From assembly GCA_021735655.1 (NCBI GenBank), contig JAIPGM010000007.1, forward strand, positions 6,125 through 70,124: a stretch of 64,000 nucleotides of DNA, in the 5' to 3' direction. Positions 62,517-64,000 of the stretch are shown in pieces (within the stretch, counting starts at the first letter, position 1; each line of letters begins with the position of its first letter). The position numbers were made by a program, and so were the translations under genes. This DNA comes from Candidatus Omnitrophota bacterium. GTDB taxonomy: Bacteria; Omnitrophota; Gorgyraeia; Duberdicusellales; 4484-171. The notes beneath the pieces are model-generated. The model made no database searches. It saw only the letters and a list, made by a program, of their open reading frames with translations, and was not told the DNA's origin.

Positions 62517-62545
62517 AATATAACATAATTTTTCTTACTTTTCAA
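62517..62545 (-). promoter_or_regulatory. promoter module B (TTGAAA, 17 nt, extended -10 TGtTATATT), minus strand
   Basis: Inverted copy of module A, including an identical 20-nt core ATGTTATATTTATATGAAAT. Confidence 0.55.
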
Positions 62546-62635
62546 GGTAAATAGGCAATATTTCTGAATTTTTTTCTCTTCTCTAACCGTCTGGCTGGTA
62601 AAAGGTAGGGGCATTTTGAAAATATAAAAAATACG

Positions 62636-62710
62636 TGGCTGCCCGGCTAGGACTCGAACCTAGGAAACAAGAACCAGAATCTTGCGTGTTGCCAATTACA
62701 CTACCGGGCA
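62636..62710 (-). tRNA. tRNA-Gln (anticodon CUG)
   Basis: Hand-folded: acceptor TGCCCGG/CCGGGCA (U1-A72, G73 as in bacterial tRNA-Gln), anticodon stem CAAGA/TCTTG with loop TTCTGGT, T-arm CTAGG-TTCGAGT-CCTAG, encoded CCA. G37 is atypical. Confidence 0.75.
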
Positions 62711-62718
62711 AAAAAATA

Positions 62719-62976
62719 CTATACCATCTTTAGGGCGCTAGCTAAAGCCTCTTTCAGGCGCGTTATCCCTTGGGCATCAAACTCAAAATGACGTGTTTCA
62801 CCACCAATTAAAGTGGTACTTTCTCTTATGACTACCCTCTTTTTACCGTGTTTTTCAATCAATAAAACATCGTACTTAAACTTAGCTATGCCTTTACGTC
62901 GCTCACTGACTAAGCCAAAATTTTTAATTACACTTTCCGGTGCAATAGCTGGTTTCGATTTTTTAAAAAAATTCAT
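62719..62976 (-). CDS. hypothetical protein (85 aa)
   Basis: ORF ends 9 nt before tRNA-Gln; no recognisable motif. Confidence 0.45.
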   Translation of the reverse strand: MNFFKKSKPAIAPESVIKNFGLVSERRKGIAKFKYDVLLIEKHGKKRVVIRESTTLIGGETRHFEFDAQGITRLKEALASALKMV

Positions 62977-63305
62977 TCATTGTCCTCCTCTAAAGTGCCA
63001 ACATCAGTACCTCTAAACCAATCTTTCACCTTCCCATCTTCAAGATAAAAAGTAATATTATCACCAACTAAAGTTATATCTAAAAATGTCATGTATTCTT
63101 GATTCCCGGATAGATTATAACTAAGTAACTTATCTTCACTAAACCCGACATTTCCTAAATTTTCCTTGGGCATTCCTCTAACAATAACTCCAACATCAGT
63201 AACCACTCTGCTTTTAATTTCAGTTGGGTTTTCGGCAACCGAAACCAGACTAAACAAAAAAGTTATTACAACGAAAAATAAAGCTGACTTCCGCATCTGT
63301 GACAC
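62973..63305 (-). CDS. secreted hypothetical protein (110 aa)
   Basis: N-terminal signal peptide (LFFVVITFLFSLVSVA). Confidence 0.5.
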   Translation of the reverse strand: MSQMRKSALFFVVITFLFSLVSVAENPTEIKSRVVTDVGVIVRGMPKENLGNVGFSEDKLLSYNLSGNQEYMTFLDITLVGDNITFYLEDGKVKDWFRGTDVGTLEEDNE

Positions 63306-63308
63306 AAT

Positions 63309-63554
63309 CTAATGCTTCTTTTGCTGTTGTCCATAAGGACCATAAAATATTTCAAAAAGGTACTGAGTGACAGCTGGAACAAGTATTATACTAACAACAG
63401 CAATCGAGATATAATACGCAAACATGCTCCAATTCAACACGACCTGAGTAATAATCATAACCGGCAAAACAATCAAAACATAAGCTAAGATAAGGCAGAG
63501 TTCTAAAAGCAAGAACTTCCATCCTCTTTTCCAATGTTGAATAAAGTTTTTCAT
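63309..63554 (-). CDS. small integral membrane protein (81 aa, 2 TM)
   Basis: Two hydrophobic helices; stop and start of neighbouring genes overlap. Confidence 0.45.
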   Translation of the reverse strand: MKNFIQHWKRGWKFLLLELCLILAYVLIVLPVMIITQVVLNWSMFAYYISIAVVSIILVPAVTQYLFEIFYGPYGQQQKKH

Positions 63555-63683
63555 GTAATACCTCCTTATTCAAGCAATTATTGACCGATTGACCCTGCCA
63601 TAAACTTAATTAAATTATCTATAGAATGATACTACTTTAGCTAAAAATGGTCAACTAAGGGTTAACGGTTAATTAACAACCCT

Positions 63684-63857
63684 CTACCAAGCATGTTCAT
63701 CGACCCACTCGTCAGCTTTAACCACTGATTTCCAAGCAGCCTTGGTATCTTTAGCTAATCCCTCACCAAAACCATGAACCGTATGGTAAACCGTAGAACA
63801 ACCGCTTAAAGCAATCAGCCCGATAAAAAAAATTGCTACAAAAGTTAACTTTCTCAT
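63684..63857 (-). CDS. entericidin-like small lipoprotein (57 aa)
   Basis: MRKLTFVAIFFIGLIALSGC lipobox followed by GFGEGLAKDTKAAW, matching the entericidin EcnA/B GFGEDIK core; AGGAGGGG SD. Not in the ORF track. Confidence 0.6.
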   Translation of the reverse strand: MRKLTFVAIFFIGLIALSGCSTVYHTVHGFGEGLAKDTKAAWKSVVKADEWVDEHAW

Positions 63858-64000
63858 GACCCCTCCTATGTTAATTGTCCAGTATATTCTACTCTCAAAA
63901 TATCAAGCCATTTATCGCAAGCCCTACATTAGGCTGGAGATAAATGGTAAACTTTTTTATCAGATTGTAATTTAAAATTACTAAAATCTTCAAATACCCA

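Overview
This window is an AT-rich bacterial chromosomal segment that is gene-dense with short or overlapping junctions. Every protein-coding gene I can support, and both tRNAs, are on the minus strand. The only plus-strand element I support is a promoter driving a short structured RNA at about 61.9-62.1 kb. The organism looks like an anaerobic diderm bacterium: LptD, Rho and a large O2/NO detoxification gene set are present. I cannot place it taxonomically from sequence alone.

Gene content, right to left in transcription order:
- A small-protein/lipoprotein patch and tRNA-Gln at the right edge.
- A pilZ gene bracketed by two near-identical promoter modules.
- A Fur/PerR-family regulator heading about 13.5 kb of oxidative/nitrosative-stress genes: FNR-like reductase, hybrid-cluster protein, NifU-like, superoxide reductase, desulforedoxin, rubrerythrin, ferritin-like proteins, YHS-permease, ArsC-like, rubredoxin, flavodiiron protein, glutaredoxin, thioredoxin reductase.
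- rplU-obg, proBA, nadD, phosphohexomutase, plsC, rpsA, tyrS, two tandem GalT-like HIT proteins, gap-pgk-tpiA-secG, a TPR protein, polA, glgA, coaE, rho, rpmE, prfA-prmC, murA, trpGDCFBA (no trpE), an M16 peptidase, rsfS, ribE and tRNA-Pro.
- ROK kinase and lptD, followed by a co-directional nucleotide-sugar biosynthesis block (ugd, UDP-ManNAc dehydrogenase-like, epimerase, gmd, fcl, UXS-like, DegT aminotransferase) fused without a break to a PAPS-synthesis/recycling set (membrane-anchored APS kinase, sat, cysC, cysQ).

The most interesting items are:
- Duplicated inverted promoter modules around pilZ, with an orphan small structured RNA and a hairpin/U-tract leader.
- Three small genes absent from the ORF track: a 23-aa lysine-rich peptide with its own promoter, SD and terminator; a 44-aa Cys-rich basic protein; and a 39-aa desulforedoxin.
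- The PerR-type stress supercluster with two similar palindromic boxes.
- The sulfation-plus-glycan locus next to lptD.

No CRISPR array, transposase or integrase was seen.
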